Shown here: piece by piece, positions 40,565 through 51,912 of the stretch | Numbering within the stretch: position 1 is the stretch's first letter | Layout of the letters: each line of letters opens with the position of its first letter | Assembly (NCBI GenBank): GCA_963767005.1 | Contig: CAVYCN010000019.1 | Location: 64,001 to 128,000, forward strand | Source of the DNA: an uncultured Actinomycetes bacterium | GTDB taxonomy: Bacteria > Actinomycetota > Thermoleophilia > UBA2241 | DNA length: 64,000 nt | Reading direction: 5' to 3' | The notes under the pieces: model-generated | What the model was told of the DNA's origin: nothing | What the model saw: the letters and a program-made list of their open reading frames with translations, nothing else | Database searches by the model: none | Translations under genes and position numbers: made by a program

Positions 40565-41236
40565 TCAGTAGGCATCCGTCCTCACGTCCGCGGCAACCTC
40601 GTAGCGCATCCCGGTCGCGGCGCGGATATCGTCGACGGTGTAGCCGCGGGCGGTCTCGCTGAGCACGAAACCCGCGCCGGGCGAGCGCCGAAAGAGCGCG
40701 CGCTCGGTGATGATCACGTCGCACTCCCCCACGCCCGTGAGCGGCAGAGTGCACCGCTGGACGAGCTTCGGCGATCCGTCCTTGGCGCAGTGCTCCGTGA
40801 GCACGTAGACGCGCCGTGCGCCGGCGACCAGGTCCATCGCCCCGCCCATGCCGATCTTGCGGCCGGGCATCTCGTAGTTGGCGATGTTGCCGTCCGCGTC
40901 GACCTGGAGCGTGCCGATCATGGTGGCGTCGATGTGCCCCCCGCGGATCATGGCAAAGGACACGGCGCTGTCGACGTAGCACCCGCCGGGCAGGAGGGTC
41001 ACCGGCAGGTTGCCGGCGTTCCTGCGGTCCGGCTCCTCGGTCCCGGGCGGCGACACCGGGCCGGCCCTGACGATGCCGTTCTCGGCCTGGATCACCACGT
41101 CGTGCCCGCCGGGCAGGTAGTTGGCGACCAGCATCGGGATGCCGGCGCCGAGATTGATCACGTCGCCGTCGTGCAGCTCGGCCGCCGCCCGCGCGGCGAT
41201 GACGCACCTGCTGTCAGCCGCTGGCTCCACGTGCAT
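40565..41236 (-). CDS. Family I CoA-transferase subunit B
   Basis: VINLGAGIPM, QAENG (catalytic Glu), MIRGGHID, GMGGAMDLV, CTLPLT. Confidence 0.9.
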   Translation of the reverse strand: MHVEPAADSRCVIAARAAAELHDGDVINLGAGIPMLVANYLPGGHDVVIQAENGIVRAGPVSPPGTEEPDRRNAGNLPVTLLPGGCYVDSAVSFAMIRGGHIDATMIGTLQVDADGNIANYEMPGRKIGMGGAMDLVAGARRVYVLTEHCAKDGSPKLVQRCTLPLTGVGECDVIITERALFRRSPGAGFVLSETARGYTVDDIRAATGMRYEVAADVRTDAY

Positions 41237-41933
41237 GGGGACCTCCTTTCGCCGGTCCGGCGGCTGCGGCCGTAGCGGCGCTCGCGCGCACGACCGCGTC
41301 GACGAAGATCCCACAGGTCTGGATGCGCTCGGGGTCGAGCTCGCCGGGGCAGCAGACATGGTCGACCTCGGCGATGACGTACTCGGCGCAGCTCGCGACG
41401 ATCGGCGCGTAGTTGCGAGCGGTCCCGCGATGGCACAGGTTGCCGACCGTGTCGCCGGCGTGCGCCCGCACGAGACCGACGTCGACGCGCACCGCCCGCT
41501 CCCAGAAGTAGGTCGTGCCGTCGATCGTCACGTGCTCCTTGCCTTCGGCCACGGCAGTGCCCACCCCGGTGGGCGTCAGAAAACCACCGAGGCCGGCCCC
41601 GCCGCAGCGCAACATCTCGATGAGATTGCCCTGCGGCACCCATACAAGCTCGAGCAGCCCCCGCTCCACCGCCCCCGTCACGGCGGGGGTGTAGCCGAGG
41701 TGGCAGCAGTAGAGCCTGGCGACCTTGCCGGCCAACACGAGCTCGACGATGCCGTCGTCGCCGAACCCGGCGTCGTTGGCGTAGATCGTGAGGTCGCCGA
41801 CGTCGCTGTCGCGCAGCGCCCGGATCAGCGTGAGCGGGGCGCCCTGGCCCAGGAACCCGCCGATCGCCAGCGTCATGCCGGAAGCCACCCGCGACACGGC
41901 GGCGTCGAGCGAGAGCACCTTGTTGCAAGCCAT
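41214..41933 (-). CDS. Family I CoA-transferase subunit A
   Basis: GMTLAIGGF, PQGNLIEMLRCGGAGLGGFLTPTGVGT, GNL..RGTARNY. Confidence 0.9.
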   Translation of the reverse strand: MACNKVLSLDAAVSRVASGMTLAIGGFLGQGAPLTLIRALRDSDVGDLTIYANDAGFGDDGIVELVLAGKVARLYCCHLGYTPAVTGAVERGLLELVWVPQGNLIEMLRCGGAGLGGFLTPTGVGTAVAEGKEHVTIDGTTYFWERAVRVDVGLVRAHAGDTVGNLCHRGTARNYAPIVASCAEYVIAEVDHVCCPGELDPERIQTCGIFVDAVVRASAATAAAAGPAKGGPHARGASG

Positions 41934-42230
41934 CCTCAACCCCCCTCGCCGTCGACTCCCGAAAGCAGAGTCCCGGCCGCGCCGCCAGGCCTGCGCGTCC
42001 GCGCCGGACCACGTCACGTCGAGCACGTCGATGAGGCGCGCCAAGCCCTTCGCCAGACCCTCCGCGGTCCGCTCGTCGGCGTCGATCCCGATCGTGATCG
42101 CGGTCCTCTGCTCCTCGATGTTGCGAGCCGTAAAGTGCTCGATGTTCACACCGCGACGCGCGACCTGCCCGGCGACACGGGCAAGGACCGCCGGGCGGTT
42201 AAGGACGAGAGCTCGCAGACAGACCCTCAC
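41934..42230 (-). CDS. ACT-domain protein (IlvN/IlvH-like); as assembled it runs in frame into CoA-transferase A
   Basis: LVLNRPAVLARVAGQVARRGVNIEH...LARLIDVLDV; GTG start overlaps the porB-like stop, RBS aaggggag. Confidence 0.65.
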
Positions 42231-43152
42231 GGCTCCCCTTCCACTTCGGTCGTGTCGGTCGCCGTGACCGGGAAGCAAGCCTCCATCGCGTCGAGGTAGG
42301 CCCATTGCTCGGCGATCGCGGCACGTGTGGCGTCAGGTCGAACGCGTCGGACCTGAAGCGGCCCTGGCGCGAGACGTAGTCTTCGAGGGCCGTCCCATCG
42401 GGCCGCGCGTTGATGCGGAACCGGCGGCCCGCGAAGACCTCGTAAAGCGGGAACAGGCCGCAGCCCACCGCCAGCCGACCAGGTCGACGCCCTCGGCCGG
42501 CTCGGACTTCCAGCCGGTCGGGCAGGGCGAGAGCATCACCAGGAAGCGAAAGCCGCGCAGCCGGCGGGCGAGCCGTACCTTGCGCAGCAAGTCCTCGCGG
42601 TGGGCCAGCGACAGCGTCGCCGCGTAGGGGACCCGGTGCGCTGCCAACATCGCCATGATGTCCTTCTTGGGCTCGGCCTTGCCGTCGGCGTCGTGCTGGT
42701 CTTCGCGCCCGGCGGCGTCGCGCTGGAGCGCTGCCCGCCGGTGTTGCCGTAGATCTCGTTGTCGTAGCAGATGTAGATCATGTCCTCGTTGCGCTCGGCG
42801 GCCGCCGACAGAGTCGCCATGCCGATGTCGTACGTGCCGCCGTCGCCGGCCCAGCAGACCGTCGGCGCCGTCTCATCGTTCATCGCGCGCACGCGCGCGA
42901 CCCCGGTGGCCACCGACGGCGAGCTGGCGAAGGTCGTGGCGACGGCGGGCACGCCGAAGGCGGTGGTCGGGAAATAGCCGGGCGTGACCGACGCGCAGCA
43001 GGCAGGGACGATCATCGTCGGCCGCTCGGCGCCCAGCGCCTCGTCGAGCCATTGCAGGCCGAGCGACATGCCGCAGCCCGCGCAGTCCCGTTGCCGGAGC
43101 GCCGCAGCGCGTCGTCGCTGCGAGGCCGGACGCCGTCGCCCGCGCCGCTCAT
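42227..43152 (-). CDS. 2-oxoacid:ferredoxin oxidoreductase beta (TPP-binding) subunit, frameshifted
   Basis: CAGCG, GDGGTYDIG...YDNEIYGNTGGQRS, SPCPTGW, split across ORFs 42536..43210, 42333..42656 and 42199..42468. Confidence 0.82.
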
Positions 43153-44324
43153 GGGACCACCTCCCCGACGAAGACCGCATCGGCCGCGGCGGCGCGGTCG
43201 TCGAGGTCATCGAGGATGCCCTCGATGACCGCGGGCGCCACGTCGCTGCCGCCGAGTCCCACGATGTAGTCCTGGAGCAGCACGTCGGGCCGCGCGCCGA
43301 GGCTCGTGGCGATCTCGGCCCAGAAGATGCCGCCGGAGCCCGGCGAGTGGTTGCGGTCGAGCACCGCCACGCGCCGCGCCGAGCCGAGCGCCGTGACGAA
43401 GGCCCGCCTCAGGAAGGGCCGGAAGAGCTTGAGCCTTACCAGGCCGACTTTCTCGCCGGCCGCCCGCCGCGCCGCGACGACCTCTCTGGCGGTCTCGGCC
43501 ATCGTGTTGCAGGCGACGAGCACCACGTCGGCGTCCTCCGTGTGCTCCGCCGAGAAGGCCGCGGCCGGCCGGCGGCCGAAGACCTGCTCGAACTCGTCGA
43601 GCGCGTCGGACATCGCCTCGGGCACCCTGTCCATGGCCGCCTGGATCTCGGCTCGCTGCCGCTGCGTGTCGTGCGGCCAGGTCATGCCGCCGTACATCCT
43701 CGGGTGGGCGAAGTCGAGCCGATGCGGCAGGTCGAGCGGCGGCAGGTACTCGTCGACCAGCTCCTGCTCGGGCAGGTCGACGACCATCTGCGTGTGCGAC
43801 AGCAGAAAGCCGTCCTGCGCGACCAGCGCCGGCAGGAGCACCCGGTGGTCCTCGGCCACCCGGAAGGCGACCAGGATCGTGTCGACCAGGTCCTGGTGCG
43901 AGTCGCAGTAGAACTGCAGCCATGGCGCATCCCGCAGGGCGAGGCTGTCGCCCTGGTCGATCCAGATGTTCCACGGCGGGCCCAGCGTGCGGTTGGAGGC
44001 GACCATCACGATCGGCAGGCGGTAGTAGCCCGCCGCGAAGACGTTCTCGGTCATGTAGAGGAGCCCGTTGGAGGAGCTCGCCGTGAACGAGCGGGCACCC
44101 GCCAGCGAGCCGCCGATGCAGACGCCCATGGCGCTGTGCTCGGACTCGACCGGCACGACGCTGCCCTTGGCGAAGGAGTGCGCCATGAGGTACTCGATGA
44201 TCTCGGTCTGCGGCGTGATGGGATAGACGCCCGAGCAGCAGCCGCGCGCGCCGCGGTTGGCCTCGCCCGCCGCCGCCAGCGCATAGCCGGCGGCGTTATT
44301 GCCGGTGACGTAGGCGCGGCTCAT
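43149..44324 (-). CDS. 2-oxoacid:ferredoxin oxidoreductase alpha subunit (Por/Vor type)
   Basis: TGNNAA, YPITPQTEI, VESEHSAM, TASSSNGL, DGFLLSHT, FRPF. Confidence 0.9.
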   Translation of the reverse strand: MSRAYVTGNNAAGYALAAAGEANRGARGCCSGVYPITPQTEIIEYLMAHSFAKGSVVPVESEHSAMGVCIGGSLAGARSFTASSSNGLLYMTENVFAAGYYRLPIVMVASNRTLGPPWNIWIDQGDSLALRDAPWLQFYCDSHQDLVDTILVAFRVAEDHRVLLPALVAQDGFLLSHTQMVVDLPEQELVDEYLPPLDLPHRLDFAHPRMYGGMTWPHDTQRQRAEIQAAMDRVPEAMSDALDEFEQVFGRRPAAAFSAEHTEDADVVLVACNTMAETAREVVAARRAAGEKVGLVRLKLFRPFLRRAFVTALGSARRVAVLDRNHSPGSGGIFWAEIATSLGARPDVLLQDYIVGLGGSDVAPAVIEGILDDLDDRAAAADAVFVGEVVP

Positions 44325-46550
44325 CCGGCCACCGCCGTGACGCCGTCCTCCATGACGATGGCCCCGCGAGGACACTGCGCGACGCACAGACCCGCAGCCC
44401 TTGCAGTACTCGTAGTCGAACACGTAACCGCCCTCCCTGTCGAGGCAGACGACTCCCTCGGGGCAGTAGGCCACGCACGTGTCGCACTCGTTGCAGGCGC
44501 CACAGCTCAGGCAGCGGTCGGCTTCGGCGACCGTCGCGTCCTCGCCGGCCCGTCGACCAGGCCGCGGCGGACCTCGAGGAAGCTGTGCCGCCGCTCGTCG
44601 AGGGGCGCCAGGGCGCCTCTGTGCTGCGGGCTGCGGGGGAAGCGCGCGAAGTCGACCACGTCGGTTCCGGCGAGCTCGTGCGGCTCCGCGGGGGCGAGCT
44701 CGCGGCCGGCCAGCAGCGCGTCGATGCACGCGGCCGCCAGCCGGCCGCTGCCCACGCCCGCCGCCACGGTGCCCTCGGCGACGGCGAGGTCGCCGGCGAC
44801 GAAGAGCGGCGCGTCCGTGCTCGCGTCGGCGACGCGGCCGTCCACGATCTCGGCGCCCTCGGGCAGGACGGACAGGTCCGCCGCCTGCCCGAGCGCCAGC
44901 AGCACGCGATCGCAGGGCACCTCGGCGAGGCGTCGCCCTCGAGGGGGACGGCGCGACGCCGACCGGACTCATCGGGCTCCCCGAGCCGCATGCGCCGGCA
45001 GACCAGGACGAGCCCGTCGTCGGCCTTGTCGAGCCGGACGGGCGCCTGGAGCTCGTCGAGCTCGATGCCTTCTTCGAGCGCCTCGTCGACCTCTTCGGCG
45101 ATCGCCGGCATCTCCGCGCGGGTGCGGCGATAGACCACGCGCACCTGTCGCGCGCCGAGACGCGCCGCGCAGCGCGCGGCGTCCATCGCCGTGTTGCCGC
45201 CACCCAGCACGACGACGCTGGCGCCGCGCACCGACGCCCTGCCCTTGCGGGCGCCGTCGAGGAACTCGAGGCCCTGCACGACCCTGCCGCCGGGCACGCT
45301 GCCCAGATCGAGCGCGGGCTGCTCTGCAGCCCGGTCGCCACGAGCACGGCGGCGTACTCACGGCGCAACCGGCCAAGACCCTCGCGATCGACGGCACGAC
45401 CGACCTCGACCTCGACCCCATGACGCACGATGAAGTCGATCTCGCGGTCGAGCACGTCGCGCGGCAGTCGATACGGCGGGATGCCGCGACGCAGCAGGCC
45501 GCCCGTCTCGTCGGCCGCCTCGAAGACCGTCACCCGGTAGCCGGCGCGCGCGAGGTGATAGGCGGCGCTCAGCCCGGCCGGGCCCGAGCCGACGACGGCG
45601 ACGCGTTCGAGCCGCGACGGTCCGCACGTTCGCGGCCACGTGCCCCGTTGGGCGACCGCGCGCTCGATCTCGCGCACGTTCACCGCCTCGTCGAGCTGCG
45701 AGCGGTTGCAGGCGGCCATGCACGGCGCCGGGCAGACGCGGCCGCAGATGCCCGGGAACGGCGTCGTGTGCAGCAGGGTCGCCAGGGCGCCGTCGCAGTC
45801 CCCGCGGACCGCCGCCTGCACGAAGCCGCGCACGTCGTTGCCCGCGGGACAGGCCGCGTCGCAGCGCGCCGCCAGCCGGCGGCCGCGCGGCCGGCGCGAG
45901 GCCCACTCTCCCGTACGGGTCGTGGGAAGGCCGCCCACATCCTCGTCGAGAAACCCCACGGCGGCGGTGCGGCGAGCGCGACGGCCGGCGGACCGCAGCG
46001 GCCCGGCAGCTCCTGCGCTGCACCTCGTCGAACGCCGCCCGTGCGGCGGCGAGGTTTCCGCCGGCGAACCGCGCCTCGCGCAGGGCGGCCTCGACGTCCG
46101 CGAGCGCGAGGCCCAGCAGCTTGGCCACGGCGCCGAGGATCGTCGTGTTGACGATCGGCAGGGCGGTGGTCCCGAGATGGTTGGCGGCGGCGATGGCGTC
46201 GGCGTCGACCGTGGCCACGCGCCGGCCCGGGAAGAGCGTCGCGAAGGCGCCGGGCGGCCGCGGCGTGTTGAGCATCAGCCACCCCCCGGGCTTCAGCCCC
46301 GCGGCGACCGGCGGGGCGATCAGCGACGGTCGATGACGACGACGTGGTCGGGCTCCGCGATGGGCAGGTGCGCCGTGATCTCGTTCGCGTCGACCCGGAC
46401 GAAGGACTGCACCGGGGCCCCCGCGCGCTCGGCGCCGTAGACGCCGAACGCCTGCACGTAGTCGCCCCGCAGAAAGTAGGCGCCGGCGATCAGCTTCGCG
46501 AGCGTGACGCCGCCGCGACCGCCGCGACCCTGGATCACGATCTCGAGCAT
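44321..46550 (-). CDS. Apparent fusion: OFOR gamma subunit + GltD/NfnB-like FAD/NAD(P) oxidoreductase + delta-type 2x[4Fe-4S] domain (several frameshifts)
   Basis: QGRGGRGGVT..YGAERAGAPV..IVNTTILGA, then CDAACPAGND..CGRVCPAPCMAACNR, GSGPAGL, GIPPYRLP, GGGNTAMDA, then CLSCGACNECDTCVAYCP and CKGCG..C...CP. Confidence 0.75.
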
Positions 46551-46557
46551 GGCCCGA

Positions 46558-47475
46558 TCACCTCGCCGCGTAGACCGGGTAGCACCAGCGCCGGTAGGCG
46601 GTAGCTTGCCGCGCACCACGGCGGCGTAGAGGTCGCTCACCGCCGCCGTCACCGGCCCCGCTCGTCCGTCGCCCACGGTGCGGTGGTCGATCTCGTAGAC
46701 GGGCGTGATCTCGGCCGCCGTCCCGCACAGGAAGACCTCGTCGGAGACGTAGAGCTCGCTGCGGTTCACCGACCGCTCGACGACCTCGAGACCGAGCTCC
46801 GCCACGGCCAGCTCCATCACGCACTCCCGGGTGATGCCGGCCAGCAGGTCGTCGCCGGCAGCCGGCGTGACCAGGGGCCATCCTGGACCAGGAAGATGTT
46901 CTCGCCCGTGCCCTCGGCCACGTGGCCGGACGCCGTCAGCGTCAGGGCTTCGTCGAAGCCGTTGGCCATGGCCTCGTATCGCGCGAGGGCCATGGCGGAG
47001 TACATGCCGCCGATCTTGGCCCGCGCCGGCGCGACGTTGCCTTCGGGACGCCGCCAGGAGCTCACGCAGCAGCGGATGCCGCCGGCGGCGAGGTACCGGC
47101 CCATCGGCACGTAGAAGATGACCAGGCTGTCCTCGAGGTCGGCCCGCCACACGCCGATCGCTTCGTGCTCTTGAAGACGATGGGACGCAGGTGCACGTCG
47201 ACCCTGACGCCGTCCCGCGCCAGGAGCGCCACGCTGATCGCGCAGAGCTCGTCCTCGGAATGCGGCAGCGCCATGTCGTAGAATCCAGCGGAACGATGGA
47301 GGCGGGAGTAGTGGCGATCGGCGCGGAACAGATAGAGCTCCTCGGTGTCGGCGTCCCAGTAGGCGCGGATGCCCTCGAACACGCTCGTGCCGTAGTTGAG
47401 AGCATGGCTTTCGATGCCGAACGTCAGCCCTCCGAGGGCGACGAACCGACCATCCAGAAACGCCGATACCTCCAT
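46558..47475 (-). CDS. ilvE: Branched-chain amino acid aminotransferase (PLP class IV), frameshifted
   Basis: HALNYGTSVFEGIRAY, AKIGGMY, GFDEAL..GHVAEGTGENIF, LAGITR, DEVFLCGTAAEITPV, in successive frames. Confidence 0.85.
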
Positions 47476-47501
47476 GACCCTCCTCGCCGTGCGCATGCCG
47501 A

Positions 47502-47538
47502 TTGACGCAAAGAGTAACTGTATATATCAATGTGTCAA
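47502..47538. promoter_or_regulatory. Divergent ilvE/gntR promoter-operator region
   Basis: AT-rich, bounded by inverted ttgacgca...tgtgtcaa; minus-strand TTGACA-16nt-TACTCT; central tgtatatatca near-palindrome. Confidence 0.55.
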
Positions 47539-47603
47539 GCCGGGCCCTGGCGTGCGTTCGAACGCAGGTGGCGGGCATCCGTCGACGAGGGGAGCGAAGC
47601 GCG

Positions 47604-48354
47604 ATGAGATCTTCCAGAGATCCCTCGGCGTTCTCGTCGGCCGTGCCCCCGGCACCGGTGAGCGCGGTGAGTCCGAGCGACCTCACCGCCGCCCTGATCC
47701 GCGGCATGATCTACTCGGGCGAGCTCACGCCCGGCGATTGGCTGCCGCCCGGTCGCGAGCTGGCCGACCACCTGGGCATCTCTGTGCTCACGCTGAGAGT
47801 GGCGCTGAAGTCGCTCGAGGGCGCCGGCTTCATCGTGGCACGAGCAGAGGAGCGCACGGCGGATCGCGCGTGGTCGACATCGAGACCCTCACCCGCTGCT
47901 GGACCGATTGGATGCGCGACAAGGTGCACGACATCGACGACCTCTGGGAGTTCCGCGAGATCGTCGAGGCGAACATCGCCTCGCTCGCGGCCGGGCATCG
48001 CAGCGCCGCAGAGCTGCATGCCATCGAGGCGGCCTGGGCGGCGGCGGCCACCGACAGCCACGCCGCGTTCCTGCGCTGGAACGCCGTGTTCCACGACGCG
48101 CTCGCGACGGCGTCGCACAGCTGGCGCCTGACCGAAGCCATGCTCGCCGTGCGCCGCGAACTCTTCCTGCCGGTAGCGCTCGCTACTGCGCAAGCATCGG
48201 GCCGAAGAGCTGCGCGATTCGCACACCCAGATCCTCGAAGCGATGCGTCTGCGCCGGCCGGCGCGGGCCGCCGACGCCATGCGCAGTCACCTGGCCAACA
48301 CCCGTCGATGGCGACGACGTGCTGGCCGAGACGCTCGGCGCACGGCGCCTGTAG
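47604..48354 (+). CDS. GntR/FadR-family transcriptional regulator, frameshifted
   Basis: wHTH PGDWLPPGRELADHLGISVLTLRVALKSLE; FCD domain LWEFREIVEANIASLAA...FHDALATASHS...MRSHL in later frames. Confidence 0.8.
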
Positions 48355-48390
48355 GCCGCGCGGTCGGCGCCGCCGTCAGACGGCGGCGGG

Positions 48391-49091
48391 CTACCTGGTC
48401 GTCGCCGCTCCGCGCCCGCCCCGACCCCCTGCGAAGATGCGCGCATCGAGGGCGACACAGCCCCGGGCCAAAGCGATCCGGGGTTCAAGTCGATCTCGGC
48501 GATCTCGGTGTGACGACCAGAAGGTCGCCGATCCTGACGAGACGTCGGCGACCGCGTCGCGGTGAACCGGCGGCTGGCCGCGGAAGCCTCGAGCGGCCGC
48601 GCGGCGGCAGCTCGGTGGCGTCTCCAGGCCGTCTGGGCGTCGCAACGACGCGACGCGGAACACAACGTCGGCCAGCAGCTCGGCCAACACGCCGCCCAGC
48701 CCGCCATCACCGTCGGCCCGAAGGTGGCGTCGCGCACGGCGCCAACGATCGACTCGCGACCGCCGAAGACGTGGCCGGCCACGAGGACGCCGTCGATACG
48801 CGCACCCGGCAGCGCGTGCTCACGGCGCAGCCGAGCGTGGCCAGGCCCGCTCGCAGCCCCGTCTCGTCGCTCAGACCGATGACCACGCCGCCGGCGACGG
48901 TCTTGTGGACCACGTCGCGGGAGATGACCTTCAGGACGACCGGGTAGCCGATGCGCGCGGCGATGCCGGCAACGGCCTCGGCGGCAGAGCCCATGCCGTG
49001 CTCGACGCAGGAGATGCCGCAGAGCAGAAGGAGCGCGGCGGCTTCCGGCTCCAGCAGCATGCTCGTCGAGCTGCTCCGCGGTGACGCTCAC
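48391..49091 (-). CDS. ADP-forming acetate/acyl-CoA ligase beta (ATP-grasp) subunit, frameshifted
   Basis: LLEPEA, IGYPVVLKVIS..VVHKTVAGGV, RDATFGPTVMAG, EIDLNP, ALDARI. Confidence 0.75.
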
Positions 49092-50492
49092 GATCCCACC
49101 TCCGCTCCCCGTCGTTTCTCCGCATACCAGCAGCCGGCGGCGATCGCCCGCATCGCCCGCTCCGGCGATGGGAAGACGCGGGCACGCCCAGCCGCTGCAT
49201 CCTGCGCCGTTCGACCTGTTCGACGGCGCCGCCGCCGTAGTACGCGGCGCAGACGGCGGCCCGCGGACTTCGGCGGCCAGCTCGGCGGCCAGCTCCGCCG
49301 CCCCCGGGACCGGGTCGCCGAAGATCAGCAGGATCGTGTCGACGAACCCGGCGGCGTCGGCCAGCCGCGCCGCCGTGCGGAACTGGTCCACACCGATCGT
49401 CGCCAGGTCGAGCGGATTGGCGAACGAGCCCCACTCGGCGAGGTCCATGCCCCTGAGCCCCGCGACGAGGTCGGGCGGCAGGACGGGCAGGACGAGGCCG
49501 TGCGCGTCGCCCACGTCGGCGGCGAGCGCGCAGCTACCGCCGGACGAGGAGACGACGAGCACCCTGCGCGCCCGGTAACGGGCGCACGCTCGCGAGGATC
49601 TTGGCGGCGTCGTAGAAGGATTCGGAATCGTCGGCCGCGCCACGCCGTACTCGCGGCGGGCCCGCTCGAACACCTGATCGGAGCCGGCGAGCGACCCGGT
49701 GTGCGAGGCGACGGCCTCGCGGCCGCGCTGCGAGCGCCCGCACTTGGACACAGCGAGCGGCTTCTTCAAGGCCACGCTCCTGGCGGCCGCCACGAAGCGC
49801 GGACCGTCGGACACGCCCTCGAGGTACAGGGCCACGGCCCGCGTGTCGTCGTCGTCGGCCAGCAGGTCCGCACCGCGTCCGCCTGCGCAGATGTCGGCCT
49901 GGTTGCCGAGACTGATCGAGGCACTGACGCCGAGGCCGTCGTCCTGGGCCCAGTCGGTGATCACGCCGCCACGACCGTGCCGCTCTGCCCGACCACCGCG
50001 AGGGGCCCGTGCTCGGTCGTCGCCCGGCCAGAACACGGCGCACAACCGGTTGGGCCCGTACGACACGCCCTGGATGTTGAGCCCGAACAGGCGCAGGCCG
50101 CGCTCGCGCGCGATGGCCACGAGCTCCCTGTCGAACTCGGGCTTGCCGGAGACTGACTCGCGCCCGCCGGCGCTGATCACGATCGCTCCGGCCGCTCCCT
50201 TGTCGGCGGCCTCGTGCAGGACGCCCGGCACGAACCGGGCTCGCGCGGCGATCACCACGAGGTCGATCTCGCCGGGGATGTCCGTGACCGCGGGGTAGCA
50301 CGTGAGGCCCGACACCTTCTCGGCCCTGGGGTTGACCGGGAAAACCTCGCCGGTGAACCCCCCGGCCAGGATCGACGGCACCAGCACGCCGCTGAACTTG
50401 CTCGGGTCCTGCGACGCACCGACCACGGCGACGCGTCGCGCCTTCAGCATCCGCCAGATGGCGTCCGTGTCACCCACCACGCTCTCCTTCAC
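49088..50492 (-). CDS. ADP-forming acetate/acyl-CoA ligase alpha (CoA-binding) subunit, frameshifted
   Basis: VAVVGASQDPSK, FPVNP, CYPAVTDIPGEIDL, SLGNQADI, LYLEGV, phospho-His motif SHTGSLAG, SSGG, NPLDL. Confidence 0.8.
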
Positions 50493-50537
50493 TCGTGCAC
50501 AGTCCGAAACGGAAGAGGACGCCCCCGTTCATCACGA

Positions 50538-51912
50538 TCACCGCAGCAGCTCGAGCGCGACCTGCTCGACGAAGAACGCCTCGAACGCCAGGTCGGCCAC
50601 CGCGATGCGCTCGTCGACGTTGTGGCAGCGCGGCCACACGTCCTTGTAGCTCTCCACGACGTGCGGATCGAAGTTGTGGGCGACGACGTCGGGGAAGGCG
50701 CGCGCAGCCAGCGCGAGTCGGTGAACCCGACGCAGTGCGTGTTGCCCAGGACGGCGCCCGGCACGTGGCGCTCGAGCACCGCGCGCACGGCCTCCGAAAG
50801 CGGCGACGGGTACGGCGAGGCGTTGCCGCGCACGACGTTGATCCATTCGAGCTCCCACTCGGCCTCGACGCCCTGTAGCGCGGCATACACCATGGCCTGG
50901 ACGCGGCCTCGTCGTCGCCGGCCAGCGTGCGGCAGTCCACGCCGAGCTCCACCCCCTGTGGTCGGAAAGACGTTCACTCCCCCGGGTTGTCGGACCGCAC
51001 GGTGGTGACCGAGAACGCAAAGCCGTACAGCGGCTCGATCATGGCGGCCAGGCCGGGTTCGCGATCCGCCAGCTCGTCGAGGGCGGCGCGCGCCCGCGCG
51101 GGGTCGCGCAGGCGGGCGCGCAGGTCGGGATGCCGGCGACCAGGTACCCGACGAGGTCGCGCGACTGATCGACGACCTCGACCGGCAGCTCGCAGGCGGC
51201 GAGCGCCGCGGCCACGCGTGCGGCGGCGAGCACGGCGTTGCCCTGCCGCAGCGGCACCGAGCCGTGACCGGCGCGGCCGTGCACGACGATGCGGAACTGG
51301 GCCGCGCCCTTCTCGCCGCTCTGCAGCAGGAAGAGGCGGCGATCGCCGCACGGCACGTAGGCGCCGTCTCCCTCGTTCAGGACGTAGTCGCAGCGCAGGA
51401 GATCGGGGCGCTGCTCGAGCAGCCAGCGCACCCCGCCACCGGTGCGGCGCTTGCCCACCGTCGGCCGTGCAGGCATAGGTGACCGTGCCGGCGAAGGGCG
51501 CGCCAGTGGCGGCCAGGCGCCGCACGGCGACGGCGTTGGCCGCCACGAGGTTCTTGATATCCACGGCCCCGCGGCCCCAGACGTAGCCGTCCTTCACGAG
51601 GCCCGAGAACGGCGGGACCTGCCAGTCGGCCGGGTCAGCCGGCACGACGTCTTCGTGGGCCAGCAGCAGGAGGGTCGGCCCCGGCCTGCTGCCCTCGAGC
51701 CGGCAGACGAAGCTGGCTCGCCCAGGCTCGCCGACGACCTCGCCCTGCAGCCCGTGCCCACGAAACCACTCGGCCATGAACGTCGCCACGGCCGTCTCGT
51801 TGCCCGGCGGGTTGCTCGTGTCGATCTGGATGAGCCGGCTGAGCAGGTGGGCCGACTCGCGCTCCAGGTCGGCCATCAGCGCCGGGTCGAGGCCGATGGT
51901 CGTGGTGGTCAT
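50538..51912 (-). CDS. M20/M25/M40 family metallopeptidase/deacylase, frameshifted
   Basis: IQIDTSNPPGNE, LLAHEDVVPA, WGRGAVDIK, LNEG, GRAGHGS, NVFP, GFTDSRWL, HNVDERI. Confidence 0.8.

Noticed and set aside
43149-45959. 936-aa flavoprotein-OFOR alpha fusion in the ORF track
   Set aside because: The middle is off-frame gibberish. The alpha subunit starts at 44324, overlapping the upstream stop.
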